Below are positions 10,524 through 20,833 of a stretch of 64,000 nucleotides of DNA, one piece after another (the first letter of the stretch is position 1; each line of letters begins with the position of its first letter). The stretch lies in NCBI GenBank assembly GCA_019058445.1, contig JAHPZA010000009.1, positions 288,001 to 352,000 of the forward strand, written 5' to 3'. This stretch comes from Promethearchaeota archaeon. Lineage in GTDB: Archaea; Asgardarchaeota; Lokiarchaeia; Sigyniarchaeales; SOKP01. The notes below the pieces were generated by a model. That model searched no databases and was not told where the DNA came from. It saw nothing but the letters and a program-made list of their open reading frames with translations. The translations under genes and the position numbers were made by a program.

Positions 10524-11678
10524 ATGGTAGAAATGGAAATGTATAATCCCCTTTTTATGAGTATTTTTCAAATCTTTTTATCTATATTAGCTGCTGTTTC
10601 ATTTGGATTAGCGTGCAGAAAAAGAAAAGATTTATTATTTTGGTTTTATGGAGTTATTTTTCTGTGTGTAGGTGTGTTATTAATGGGTCTTGAAATGATA
10701 TACAGTATTGATCTTTTTGAGTTAGTATCTTATATATTTTGTTTAGTCGCCTCTGTAGTAATCTTTGTAAGTGTTGCCAAAGAATATTATGAAATTTTCA
10801 TGAAGAGCAATGTAAAAACGAAGATCTCAAAATTAAAATATTTAGCAGCAACTACAATAAGTACTTTTGAAATATTAATGATTGGAGTTATTGGTTTTAT
10901 GCTAATCATTACTATGTTAACGGTATTTATGTTATTTCGTATTTATTTACGAAATAAAACATTAACCCATGCATTTATGAGTATGGTATTATTAGGGGCT
11001 TGGTTAACAACAATACTTTTGTTGTTAGATTATTTATTTAATGTACCTAGTACAAGAGAAATTAGTTCAGAAACAACGACAGTTTTTCTTGTAATTTTGA
11101 CGGCTACAGGTATAGTTGCAGTTCTTGAGCATAAAATTACAAGAACAAATTTATTTTTAAAAGATGTGATTAATACTTCCCAAGAATCTAGTGTAAATGT
11201 TGCTTCTATGGCAATAGAATTATCTGCAAGTGCAAGTGAAGTTAATTCTGCATCGGAAGAAATTGCTTCACAAACTCAGGAGATGGCTGTAACTACACAA
11301 AAAATATTTGATTCCTCTTATGAGATTCAGAGAATTATGGAATTACTTGTCAATATCTCAGAACAAACTAATTTACTTGCATTAAATGCGAGTATTGAAG
11401 CAGGAAGAGCAGGTATCGAAGGACGAGGTTTTGCGGTTGTAGCAAAAGAAGTAAGAAATTTAGCTGAAGAATCAAGAAAAGTGGTTTCAAACTCTGGAGT
11501 AAAAATAAATGAAATTCTTGAGAAAATTCGTGATACTACATTTGTAATGCAAACCATAAGTTCTTCTGCTGAGGAACAAACATCCTCAATGGAAGAGATA
11601 AATAATACAGCTAATAAATTAGGTTTAATTGCTGAAGAATTAAAAAAATCTCTGACTCATGCATCAGTCTTCAACTAA
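10524..11678 (+). CDS. Multi-TM protein with a short methyl-accepting chemotaxis signalling domain
   Basis: 6-7 TM helices followed by [36 protein letters not shown]. Confidence 0.9.
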   Translation: MVEMEMYNPLFMSIFQIFLSILAAVSFGLACRKRKDLLFWFYGVIFLCVGVLLMGLEMIYSIDLFELVSYIFCLVASVVIFVSVAKEYYEIFMKSNVKTKISKLKYLAATTISTFEILMIGVIGFMLIITMLTVFMLFRIYLRNKTLTHAFMSMVLLGAWLTTILLLLDYLFNVPSTREISSETTTVFLVILTATGIVAVLEHKITRTNLFLKDVINTSQESSVNVASMAIELSASASEVNSASEEIASQTQEMAVTTQKIFDSSYEIQRIMELLVNISEQTNLLALNASIEAGRAGIEGRGFAVVAKEVRNLAEESRKVVSNSGVKINEILEKIRDTTFVMQTISSSAEEQTSSMEEINNTANKLGLIAEELKKSLTHASVFN

Positions 11679-11847
11679 AATATCAATTCCATATATAATA
11701 CAAAATATAAGATAAAAAAGAATAATTTTATAGAATTCTTATAAATTCTTTAAAACGACTAAACATCGTTTATTATTTTCTGTTAATACTTGTTAAGCCT
11801 TTTGATATAAAAGAAAAAATTAAGTTTATTCCATAATTTAACAAGTT

Positions 11848-13335
11848 ATGAATTATCATTTCCTACACGACTTTTTATATCCAAATAGCATTGCGTTCTA
11901 TGGTGCAAATAATAAAGGAACCGGAATTGCTTCGTTTCAGGTAATAAATTTAATATTATCCAAATACAGGGGTAAGGTCTTTCCAATTCATTTAAATTTA
12001 GATTCTGTTATGGGCTATAAAGCTTATAGATCTATATCTGAGCTTCCAGAAGTCCCAGACTTAGTCATAATATATTTACCTCCAAAAATCGTGCCAGAAA
12101 TTTTTCGAGAATGTGGAGAAAAAGGAGTTAAAAGAATTATCATAGTTTCCGGAGGATTTAGAGAGATGATTGGAGATCGAAAGAATATATATACAGAGCA
12201 AATAAGTCAAATTGCTGAAAAATATGGTATACGCTTTATTGGGCCAAATTGTTTAGGTTTTTACAATAATTGGATTTATCCTGAGGATGATACAGTTGCC
12301 TTAAATACATCAATTTGGGAAAAATTAAAACGAGGCAAGTTTTCAATAGCATCTCAAAGTGGCACTCTTTCAAGTCATATCTGGTTCGACCCTGAATACA
12401 TCGATATGGGCTTAAGCAGATCACTTTCAATTGGAAATGAAGCGAATATTGATATTGTAGATTGCTTAGAATATTTAAAAGAAGATGATAAGACAGAAGT
12501 TATAGGCTTGTACATAGAAGAAATTAAGCGTGGAAAAAGATTTTTTGAATTGGCGACAGAGATTAGTCCTAATAAGCCAATAATCGCAATTTATCTTGGT
12601 GGCACAGAAGCAGCAGAAAGGGCTGTGAGAAGCCATACAGGTTCAATTGCGGGGAATTCTAAAATTTACAGCGCTGTTTTTAAAAAGGCAGGAATAATTA
12701 AGACCGAATTGGTTGAGGAATTTTTAGATATCGCTATGGTGTTATCTAAAGGAGTCTTGCCAAAAGGTAGGCGAGTTGGAGTTATAACTAATTCGGGAGG
12801 GCCAGGCGCAATGATAGCTAATCACGCAGAAAAGGTTGGTTTAAAAATTCCAGAGTTTAGTGAATCATTGCAGGTAAAATTAAAATCTATGACTTCACAC
12901 ACCGCAAGTACTCGTAACCCTTTAGACAGTACATTTGATATGAATCTGATCAATTACTACATAAATTTACCCAAAGCAGTAATGAAATCTGGAGAAGTCG
13001 ACCTTATTTTCATGTATGGGGTATTTGGGTATCATGATGTTTTAGGTAAATATCTAAATAATGAAAGGATTGCACACTCAATTGACATGACGCAGGAATT
13101 TTTAAAAATTAAAGGCAATCTAGAGGATATATTGATTAGACCTACCTTAAAATTATCAAAAAGATTATCAATTCCAATTATTTACATAAATCCCGAAAAC
13201 TATTCTAGCCCCTGGTCAATTAGTATTAAAGAATGTGGGGGTACGTTATTTCAATTTTGGGATCGCCCCGTAAGAGTCATGGCCAAAATATGTGAGTATG
13301 CAGCGTATAAGCAGAAAAATTCTATAGGAAACTAA
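11848..13335 (+). CDS. ADP-forming acyl-CoA synthetase (ACD), alpha subunit
   Basis: CoA-binding domain, GPNCLG, SQSG, SHTGSIAG (phospho-His), TNSGGPG. Confidence 0.9.
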   Translation: MNYHFLHDFLYPNSIAFYGANNKGTGIASFQVINLILSKYRGKVFPIHLNLDSVMGYKAYRSISELPEVPDLVIIYLPPKIVPEIFRECGEKGVKRIIIVSGGFREMIGDRKNIYTEQISQIAEKYGIRFIGPNCLGFYNNWIYPEDDTVALNTSIWEKLKRGKFSIASQSGTLSSHIWFDPEYIDMGLSRSLSIGNEANIDIVDCLEYLKEDDKTEVIGLYIEEIKRGKRFFELATEISPNKPIIAIYLGGTEAAERAVRSHTGSIAGNSKIYSAVFKKAGIIKTELVEEFLDIAMVLSKGVLPKGRRVGVITNSGGPGAMIANHAEKVGLKIPEFSESLQVKLKSMTSHTASTRNPLDSTFDMNLINYYINLPKAVMKSGEVDLIFMYGVFGYHDVLGKYLNNERIAHSIDMTQEFLKIKGNLEDILIRPTLKLSKRLSIPIIYINPENYSSPWSISIKECGGTLFQFWDRPVRVMAKICEYAAYKQKNSIGN

Positions 13336-13339
13336 TTAT

Positions 13340-14275
13340 TTAAGGTAATTTATTTAATTTACTCATAAAAATTGACGCATCTTTAAGAGTTAATGCTAAT
13401 CCTTGCATTAAATTAACATATTTTTTAGCAAAATAAATTTTCCCCTCGAATTTAGGATTATTCTTAATTTCATCAAGGTTAAGAATAACAGATTTCGAAA
13501 CACTAATGCCTAAAGAGTCAATATAGACCGTATCACCATCCTGAAATGAGGAAATATAGTTCACCTTAGAGTGGATCCAATAATCGCTTAATGGTTGTTC
13601 TATTTTTATATCTTTTTTAACTAATTTTTCTTTAGGTCTTTCCAATTTATTAATTTTTTCAATTAAATTTTCTAAATAACTATTAGCTTCATTTAAATTA
13701 ACCTTAGAAGACAATAGTAAAATAAGATTTAAGGATATCTCTTTAAGTTGAAAAACCCTTGAAATTACTTTTTGTTCATTTTCCAATAAAAATATTGTTA
13801 GTTTTACGTTAATTTTTTGGTTTTTCTCCTGATTTTCCATATGATTTGCCATAACTAGAAAGATATCATCCGGCAAAGAAGAATACATAACTTTTCCTTC
13901 TAAATTAAATATTGCTCCTCCTAAAATCTCTTTATCTATGAGTGATTCTCTTAAAATTTCTACAATATTTTTTATTAATTGGGATAAAGTATATGTTATT
14001 ATACCTTCCTTATCCTTAGCTTCACTTTCATAGAATTCTATTTTGGTAATTTCGAAATCGGCATTTTGGTATGCTCTTACGTTGAAATCTTTATCGATAA
14101 ATGCTTGAAAGCTGTGTTTGCATACAAATTCAGAAGGAATTGAAATGGTTGTTAGATGTTCACTTCGTTTAGTCAATTCCATAGGAATTTTTAAGAATTT
14201 CTCTTTTCCGCATCTCGGACATACTAATCTGATTTTTACGTAATTTTCTCTGAAAATCTCATCCTCGGATAGCAT
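13340..14275 (-). CDS. Zn-ribbon plus roadblock/longin-like domain protein
   Basis: CPRC...CKH..F..FID; central ILGGAIFNLEGKVMYSSLP resembles roadblock/LC7 folds. Confidence 0.6.
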   Translation of the reverse strand: MLSEDEIFRENYVKIRLVCPRCGKEKFLKIPMELTKRSEHLTTISIPSEFVCKHSFQAFIDKDFNVRAYQNADFEITKIEFYESEAKDKEGIITYTLSQLIKNIVEILRESLIDKEILGGAIFNLEGKVMYSSLPDDIFLVMANHMENQEKNQKINVKLTIFLLENEQKVISRVFQLKEISLNLILLLSSKVNLNEANSYLENLIEKINKLERPKEKLVKKDIKIEQPLSDYWIHSKVNYISSFQDGDTVYIDSLGISVSKSVILNLDEIKNNPKFEGKIYFAKKYVNLMQGLALTLKDASIFMSKLNKLP

Positions 14276-14435
14276 AGAAGACTTTGGTTAGATCTGATAA
14301 TTAAAAACTTAATTGAATAATGGTAAAACTTATTTAAATATCTTCACAGTCTTAGGTTATTAAATTTGTTATACAATTCAGTCATAAAATGATTTACTTA
14401 TGATGAAGATCAGATTTACAAACATTATTAAACTT

Positions 14436-15632
14436 TTACTTTACTCCTTTTTTTAGAGGAGACATTTTTCTTAATCGTTCGATTACATTCGGTAATTTCT
14501 CAAAAAAATACTCAATATCCTCTTCAGTTGTAAATCTCCCTATAGTTGCTCTCATTGAGCCATGTGCCTCCTCAGGTCTTAATCCGATTGCCAATAAGAC
14601 ATGGGAAGGATCTAAAGATTTGGAAGAACAAGCTGAGCCTGTGGAAACTCCAATCCCATCCATATCCAAATCCAAAACGATAGATTCTCCTTCTATATAT
14701 TTAAAACTTATATTTACATTATTAGGGAGGCGTTGTGTAGGATGCCCGTTTAAAGATGAATCCTCAATATTTTCTAAAATCCAATTAATAATTGTATCTC
14801 GTAATTTAATTTGGCGATTTGCTTCTTCATTCATTTCTCCTTTTGCTAATTCAACAGCTTTTGCAAAACCTGCGATAAGAGGTACAGCAACAGTACTAGG
14901 ACGCATATCTTTTTCATGCCCTCCACCCCACATAATTGGACTCACATACTTTCCAATGCCTTTTTTAATACCCTTATTCTTCATGTACAATAGTCCAATT
15001 CCTTTCGGACCATATAGCTTATGTGAACTGGCTGATAATAAGTCAATATTCATTTCTTCGACATCTATTGGAACTTTTCCAAATGCTTGAACTGCATCAG
15101 TATGAAAAATAATATCATGCGTTTTAGCAATAGCACCAATTTCTCTTATAGGCTCAATCGTTCCAATCTCATTATTGGCAAACATAATGCTTATTAAAAT
15201 GGTCTCATTCGTAATGGCTTTCTCCAAATCTTCGGGACTTATTAAACCATATTTATCTACCGGTAACCATGTCACTTTAAATCCGTCTTTTTCCCACTGC
15301 TTACACGGATTTTCTACCGCGTGATGTTCGATTGAAGATGTAATGATATGCCTCCCTCGATTCATATTTTTTAATACTACCCCGGTTATCGCTATATTAT
15401 CCGCCTCCGTCCCTGATGATGTAAAAATAATATCCTGTTTGTTAGCATTAATCAGACCTGCTATAGATTTTCTCGATTTCTCTAATAATTGTCCCGCTTT
15501 TTGACCAATTGAATGTAGACTTGAAGAATTTCCGTATGTTTCTTTAAAATGTTTATTAACTTCGTCTATAACACGGGGATCCATAGGAGTTGTAGCAGCG
15601 TTGTCTAAATATACATATTTAGTGTCAGTCAT
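14436..15632 (-). CDS. iscS: Cysteine desulfurase, IscS/NifS type
   Basis: YLDNAATTP, SSHKLYGPKG (PLP lysine), STGSACSS. Confidence 0.95.
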   Translation of the reverse strand: MTDTKYVYLDNAATTPMDPRVIDEVNKHFKETYGNSSSLHSIGQKAGQLLEKSRKSIAGLINANKQDIIFTSSGTEADNIAITGVVLKNMNRGRHIITSSIEHHAVENPCKQWEKDGFKVTWLPVDKYGLISPEDLEKAITNETILISIMFANNEIGTIEPIREIGAIAKTHDIIFHTDAVQAFGKVPIDVEEMNIDLLSASSHKLYGPKGIGLLYMKNKGIKKGIGKYVSPIMWGGGHEKDMRPSTVAVPLIAGFAKAVELAKGEMNEEANRQIKLRDTIINWILENIEDSSLNGHPTQRLPNNVNISFKYIEGESIVLDLDMDGIGVSTGSACSSKSLDPSHVLLAIGLRPEEAHGSMRATIGRFTTEEDIEYFFEKLPNVIERLRKMSPLKKGVK

Positions 15633-15801
15633 AAAATAAACCTAAGAAATAATTCTCGATAAATAATAAAGCAACTCATATTTTTTAAAATATCTGTTCA
15701 ATTACATAGTTTAAGAATTACTAGTAATTATAAAATAAAAGAAATATGAAAAAATATTATTTGATTTTATTTTTTATATCAAAAACAGAAGAGGCGCAAA
15801 A

Positions 15802-16374
15802 ATGGTTTTTAAATTAATGTGGGGCATTACAGGAACAGGTTATGTTATTAAGGAATCAATTGATTTGATGAAAGATCTACAGGATGAGTTTGGTGAAGAT
15901 ATAAGAATTACTGTAATGCTCTCAAAAGAAGGTGCTGCTGTAGTGAAGTGGTATAAACAGTGGAATTATTTAACTGAAACCGTAAAAAAGGTACATATAG
16001 AACAAACACCTAATATTCCGTTCTTTGCCGGAGCACTTCAAATAGGTAACTATGATATTTTTATTTGTTGCCCTGTTTCTGCTAATTCTGTAGCTAAAAT
16101 CGTTTATGGGATAGCTGATACTTTAATTACCAATTGTGTAGCGCAAGCAATAAAAGGTGGAGTCACAGCATATATTTTTCCATCTGACCAAGATTTTGAA
16201 CCAATTACAACTACTAAACCAAATGGAGAGCCTTTAGTGTTAAAAATTAGAGACATTGAGATAGAAAATATAAATAAACTAAAAAAATTGGAAGGCATAT
16301 ATGTAATTAAGGATTTTTCAGATATAAATAAATTAATCCTTGATAAAATTAAAGACAAATCGCAAAATCCTTAG
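15802..16374 (+). CDS. Archaeoflavoprotein (AfpA / dihydromethanopterin reductase-like)
   Basis: WGITGTG, PVSANSVAKIVYGIADTLITN.VAQA. Confidence 0.85.
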   Translation: MVFKLMWGITGTGYVIKESIDLMKDLQDEFGEDIRITVMLSKEGAAVVKWYKQWNYLTETVKKVHIEQTPNIPFFAGALQIGNYDIFICCPVSANSVAKIVYGIADTLITNCVAQAIKGGVTAYIFPSDQDFEPITTTKPNGEPLVLKIRDIEIENINKLKKLEGIYVIKDFSDINKLILDKIKDKSQNP

Positions 16375-16410
16375 TAAAAATCATTATAGTTTAAGCTTTT
16401 TTCTTTATAT

Positions 16411-17127
16411 TTAATCCTCTATGATATGTTTGTTGTTGAGATAACAGATTCTTATCATTAGAAATGAGGCAACAATAATTAAAACAATATCAATATATAT
16501 TCCGAATATTAAGATGTTCAATATTCCTATCCATAAAGATATAATTGCAACAACTATCTCTAATTTCTTTGACCTAGGTACTTTATTAATACAGAGAAAA
16601 CCACAAATTGTTAGTAATGTAGGGCTATTTAAAAGCCCCAATGGTGATAAATATAATGCGTTTAACCAAATTGGGCTCCCGACCCAATATAAATACCAGA
16701 AACCAAAAGAAAAACTAATTATAGCAAAAACGCGGGAAATTCTATCGGTGTTTTTTAAATCCCAAGTTAATTCCTTATTAAAATACGCATTAATAGTTAA
16801 TACAAAGATAAGTGAAAAAAAAATTATGTCTGGAATAAGCATAAAAAGTAATGCAATAATTGCTGTCGTTATAGCGAAAAATGCCATAAGTCCTGCGTAT
16901 AATTCGTCATTTACCTTCTTGAAAATTATTCCTTCTACAAGGATCGTCAGAAAGATCACATGTGTCAGAACTGTATAGGGTTTAAAAAAATAAAGAGCCA
17001 CTCTCATTGAAAACCTTATTTCTTCAGATGTTTTGTAGACAAAAAATATCCAACAACTAAGAGAAATTAAAAATGCAATAATTATCCATCCTACAATTTC
17101 TTTCAAGAATTGTTCTCTCATATTCAT
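16411..17127 (-). CDS. Multi-pass membrane protein
   Basis: Hydrophobic throughout; SPLGLLNSPTL motif. Confidence 0.7.
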   Translation of the reverse strand: MNMREQFLKEIVGWIIIAFLISLSCWIFFVYKTSEEIRFSMRVALYFFKPYTVLTHVIFLTILVEGIIFKKVNDELYAGLMAFFAITTAIIALLFMLIPDIIFFSLIFVLTINAYFNKELTWDLKNTDRISRVFAIISFSFGFWYLYWVGSPIWLNALYLSPLGLLNSPTLLTICGFLCINKVPRSKKLEIVVAIISLWIGILNILIFGIYIDIVLIIVASFLMIRICYLNNKHIIED

Positions 17128-17283
17128 GATCTACAGGTTAATTTTTTGATGAGGAGTTCCTCTCTTCATACTTAAATTATAATTTTTAAAAGATTGCCTA
17201 TAAAAATAAGTGAACTGAGTTTTTTCAAGTTTATTAAATATCAAAATTAAAATCCAATGGAAGATAAAATAGAGTAGATTCGC

Positions 17284-17706
17284 ATGATTTTTCAAGAAGA
17301 TATTCTTCCACAGCGATTTTATATATCTTTTATTACAATTTTAGTGGTTGCATTTATAATTTTTGTGCTCGGAATCATCATAACAAGATGGTGGGCAATA
17401 AAGGAAAATTGGAATGATACTTATAAACCGTCAATTCGTTTAAATTCATTGTGGCTAATTAGCAATTTATTGCTATTTATATTATTCATCCCTATGATTT
17501 ATGGATTATTTATTGGTGCATTAACTTCATTTTTAGTAAATATAAGTATTGGTGCTTTTTTTACCTCAAAATTCTACGGGAAAAAAGTTAAAGAATCGCT
17601 AATCTTTGTATTTTTTATCGTAATAATGTTATTCATAATATGGTTTATCCTTTATCTTATTACAACTATAATAATCGCTATTATAGTAATTGGATTACAA
17701 ACTTAA
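17284..17706 (+). CDS. Small 4-TM membrane protein
   Basis: Four hydrophobic helices. Confidence 0.7.
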   Translation: MIFQEDILPQRFYISFITILVVAFIIFVLGIIITRWWAIKENWNDTYKPSIRLNSLWLISNLLLFILFIPMIYGLFIGALTSFLVNISIGAFFTSKFYGKKVKESLIFVFFIVIMLFIIWFILYLITTIIIAIIVIGLQT

Positions 17707-17768
17707 TTGAATTTATCCATAATCCTTTTCAAATTATATTAATAGAATAAATTAGGAAAGAGTACTTC

Positions 17769-18218
17769 TTAATTCTCAAATTTTACCGGTTTAAGTGCTT
17801 TTTGAGGACAACTCAGTTCACATTTTAAGCATCCTTGACATTTCGAAATTTCTTTAAATTTAAACCGAATCCCATCACTCTCTTCACCATTTTTTTTGAC
17901 TTTACCTACGTAAAATAAATGTTTAGGGCAGAAATTGCCATTATTATCTACACAATCCAAACACATATTACATTTTTCATGATCAACTTTTATAGCTAAT
18001 ACTTGATTAGGGATTTGTATAGAAGTTACTTGAACTGCGTTCCTTGGACATACTTGCACACAATTTAGACACGCAACACATTTTGAATAGTCTACAAGCC
18101 GAATACCATTCTCAAAATAAATTGCTTTAGCTTTACATGCTTTTAAGCATCTCTCACAGCGCATGCATAGATTTTGATCAATTTGAATGGGAACAAATTT
18201 TTCCTTTATTTTAGACAA
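17769..18218 (-). CDS. Polyferredoxin (four [4Fe-4S] motifs)
   Basis: CMRCERC, CVACLNC..VCP, CNMCLDC...FCP, CQGCLKC..SCP. Confidence 0.9.
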   Translation of the reverse strand: MSKIKEKFVPIQIDQNLCMRCERCLKACKAKAIYFENGIRLVDYSKCVACLNCVQVCPRNAVQVTSIQIPNQVLAIKVDHEKCNMCLDCVDNNGNFCPKHLFYVGKVKKNGEESDGIRFKFKEISKCQGCLKCELSCPQKALKPVKFEN

Positions 18219-18494
18219 CTCTTTCTTTAGGGGTTTTGCTAATTATTAATCTAATGTTTCCTTAATTTTATTAAACTAATATTTGCTTTTTAACTTCATT
18301 TTTATAATATATTTAAGAAGTTATGAAAGAAAAAGCACAATTATATTTTTGATTTCTGACTAAAATGTCTATATCACAGATTAGAGAGCTATTTTCAGGT
18401 ATTTGATAATATTTCAAGTTGGAATTTATTTTAATATAAAACTCGCGATTTAAATACTTACAAATTTATTTCAATTATGAGTGTGAATTAAGTT

Positions 18495-18779
18495 ATGGGA
18501 AATGGATTTGGAATTGCTTCCATTATTTTAGGAGTATTAGGGATTCTTTTTAGTATTATTGGAATTATCCTCGGACCTCTTGCAATAATATTCGGAATAC
18601 TATAAATGAAAAAAGGTGACAATAGAACAGTAGGTATTGTTGGATTAATTCTTGGAATAATTGCATTGATCCTTGGTATTATTTGGTTAGCTTGGCTCAT
18701 AGCAGTTATTTCTGGAAGCGGTGCTGGTGGTAGCAGTGGCGGTACTACAAGTGGTGGCGGCACCTTTTTTGGTGGTTAA
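18495..18779 (+). pseudogene. DUF4190-like small membrane protein gene with an internal in-frame TAA at 18603
   Basis: Manual translation MGNGFGIASIILGVLG...LAIIFGIL*MKKGDNRTVGIVGLILGII...GGSSGGTTSGGGTFFGG*; not in the ORF track. Confidence 0.7.
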
Positions 18780-18906
18780 ATCTATAAAAATTATTTAAAT
18801 TTAATTTTAACTTTTTTTTTTAGTTTGTTCTCTGGAAAATGTTATAAGCAAAATGAGATTTCTAAACTAACAAATGAGAAAAATATTAAAAAATAAGATT
18901 TAAAAC

Positions 18907-19701
18907 TTATTGGAAATATCGTGTATATTCTTTTCCGGTTTGTTGAGGCAGTTGCTGCTGTTGCTGATATTGTTGAGCTTTTTGCGCTAATTCTAACATT
19001 TTGGCTTTTATCTCTTTTCCTTCTTCGATAAGTTTCGAAGTATCTATACTTAAATTATAGATCTGATTTAGTACTTCGATAATTGCAGCTGCTCCTTCTG
19101 GTGTGGGTATTTCTAATACAGGTGTAAAAAGGGCGTAGGCGTTTAGCTTGTTTGTAAGCGCTTCGTTTAATACTGTCGCTTCCGGCCCAACGATTATTCC
19201 CTTATCTATCTTCTCCATTTCAAATTCCCCTAATCTTTCCATCATACCTTTTTCAGCAGCATAATAGACAGGATAGTCATCGATTATACCACGTTGAGGT
19301 ATTCCTTGAAAAATTACAATTTCCTTTGCTTTTACATCTTCATTTAAAGCCCAATTGCATATAGTCTTAGATAAATCATTATATGCGGTGCTTACTTGAA
19401 ATGGAACCTCACAAATGCCCACTATTAAATTATTCTGAGGAGAATAATATAATCTGAATGGATGTTTAAGAACACCCTGATAAAAGACCGATATAGGGGG
19501 AAGATATTCTGATGTTATGAATCCGATTTCCTTAATGTCGGGAATTTGATCAATTAACGAATTTGAAATAATCGGACCAATTAGACCAATACCAGCGAAA
19601 CCTAAAATCATTGTGGCATTAGGGTTAATCTCGGTTCTCAAATCCTCAATGATAATAGAACTTTTCTTTCCTTTTTCGCATATGTACTCTTTCTTTACCA
19701 T
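18907..19701 (-). CDS. PAC2-family proteasome assembly chaperone
   Basis: GFAGIGLIGPI, HPFRLY, PTPEGAA, LIEEGKEI; Q-rich tail. Confidence 0.85.
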   Translation of the reverse strand: MVKKEYICEKGKKSSIIIEDLRTEINPNATMILGFAGIGLIGPIISNSLIDQIPDIKEIGFITSEYLPPISVFYQGVLKHPFRLYYSPQNNLIVGICEVPFQVSTAYNDLSKTICNWALNEDVKAKEIVIFQGIPQRGIIDDYPVYYAAEKGMMERLGEFEMEKIDKGIIVGPEATVLNEALTNKLNAYALFTPVLEIPTPEGAAAIIEVLNQIYNLSIDTSKLIEEGKEIKAKMLELAQKAQQYQQQQQLPQQTGKEYTRYFQ

Positions 19702-20035
19702 AACAATTCACTTCAATTTGAATTTTTTATTTTTATTTTAAATATATTATTAAAAACACTCTTATTAAAACTAATCACACTAAGAGTTAAAAAAATTATG
19801 TTCATACAAAACATTCTATTAGTTAAAGTCATATTAAATGTCCATATTTTGAAACTCTAATTGGATACTATATTACTCATTGGAAATCTGAATATAAAAA
19901 TTAATTTGTAATAATTCATAGAGAAAAACCTTCCATTGAAATAGCTTTTTACCACATTTTCTCAAAATATTTATAAAATATCATATTCATTCACTTAGCT
20001 TAATAATAAATTATAAACACTTTGAGGGTTTTAAG

Positions 20036-20833
20036 TTGCTCTTAGAATTAAAAGATATTACAATCCCTACTGAAGATGGCAAATGCGTCATCGTAAATAA
20101 TGTCTCTTTTGGAGTTAAGGAAGGCTCTATTCATGCGGTAATAGGTCCGAATGGATCAGGAAAATCAACCTTAGCATATACAATCATGGGACTAAAAATG
20201 TATAATCCTAGTCAAGGAAAAATATATTTTGATGGGATCGATATAACAAATATGACTCTTACTGAGCGAGCTAAACTAGGTATGACCTTGGCCTGGCAAG
20301 AACCTGCTAGAATAGACGGATTGACAGTTCCTAATTATATTGCACTAGGAATGAAAGACAAAACTAATTTGAAAGAAAAAGTTATAGAAGCATTAGAAAT
20401 TGTCAATTTAGAGCCTGAAAGATATCTCACTCGGACTATTGATGAATCCTTAAGTGGAGGAGAGAGAAAAAGAGTAGAATTGGCAGCAGCTATTGCAATG
20501 CGGCCAAGATTAATCATTTTGGATGAGCCCGATTCAGGTTTAGATATGATAGTTATAGAAGATTTCTTAAATATTTTTAATAAAATAAAGAATCTTGAAA
20601 TGACAATATTACTCATTACCCACAGAGAGGATATTGGAATGGTAGCTGATTATGGTACCCTAATATGGCGGGGAAATCACATAATTACAGATGAATTTCC
20701 AAAAGTAATGCTAAGATACTGCGCTAAGGCAGGTTTAAAAGAGTTTTGTAAAAGAACTTTATTTAAAAATGACGGTACGTGTTTTGACGAGGATTACATT
20801 GATAGGATATTTAGAGAGGAGGGATCCTCATGA
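20036..20833 (+). CDS. sufC: SufC-like (SmsC-type) ABC ATPase
   Basis: GPNGSGKST, LSGGERKR, LDEPDSGLD; C-terminal Cys residues; overlaps the next gene. Confidence 0.9.
   Translation: MLLELKDITIPTEDGKCVIVNNVSFGVKEGSIHAVIGPNGSGKSTLAYTIMGLKMYNPSQGKIYFDGIDITNMTLTERAKLGMTLAWQEPARIDGLTVPNYIALGMKDKTNLKEKVIEALEIVNLEPERYLTRTIDESLSGGERKRVELAAAIAMRPRLIILDEPDSGLDMIVIEDFLNIFNKIKNLEMTILLITHREDIGMVADYGTLIWRGNHIITDEFPKVMLRYCAKAGLKEFCKRTLFKNDGTCFDEDYIDRIFREEGSS

Noticed and set aside
11726-11771. Short palindromes (TTTATA-N7-TATAAA; AAACGA-N7-TCGTTT)
   Set aside because: 6-bp arms in very AT-rich DNA are expected by chance
18488-18763. Pro-rich 91-aa minus-strand ORF
   Set aside because: Antisense of the Gly-rich plus-strand membrane gene
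18907-18990. Q-rich tail of the PAC2 protein as an HbYX or polyQ signal
   Set aside because: It ends YFQ, so Tyr is not penultimate; low-complexity tails are common in this family
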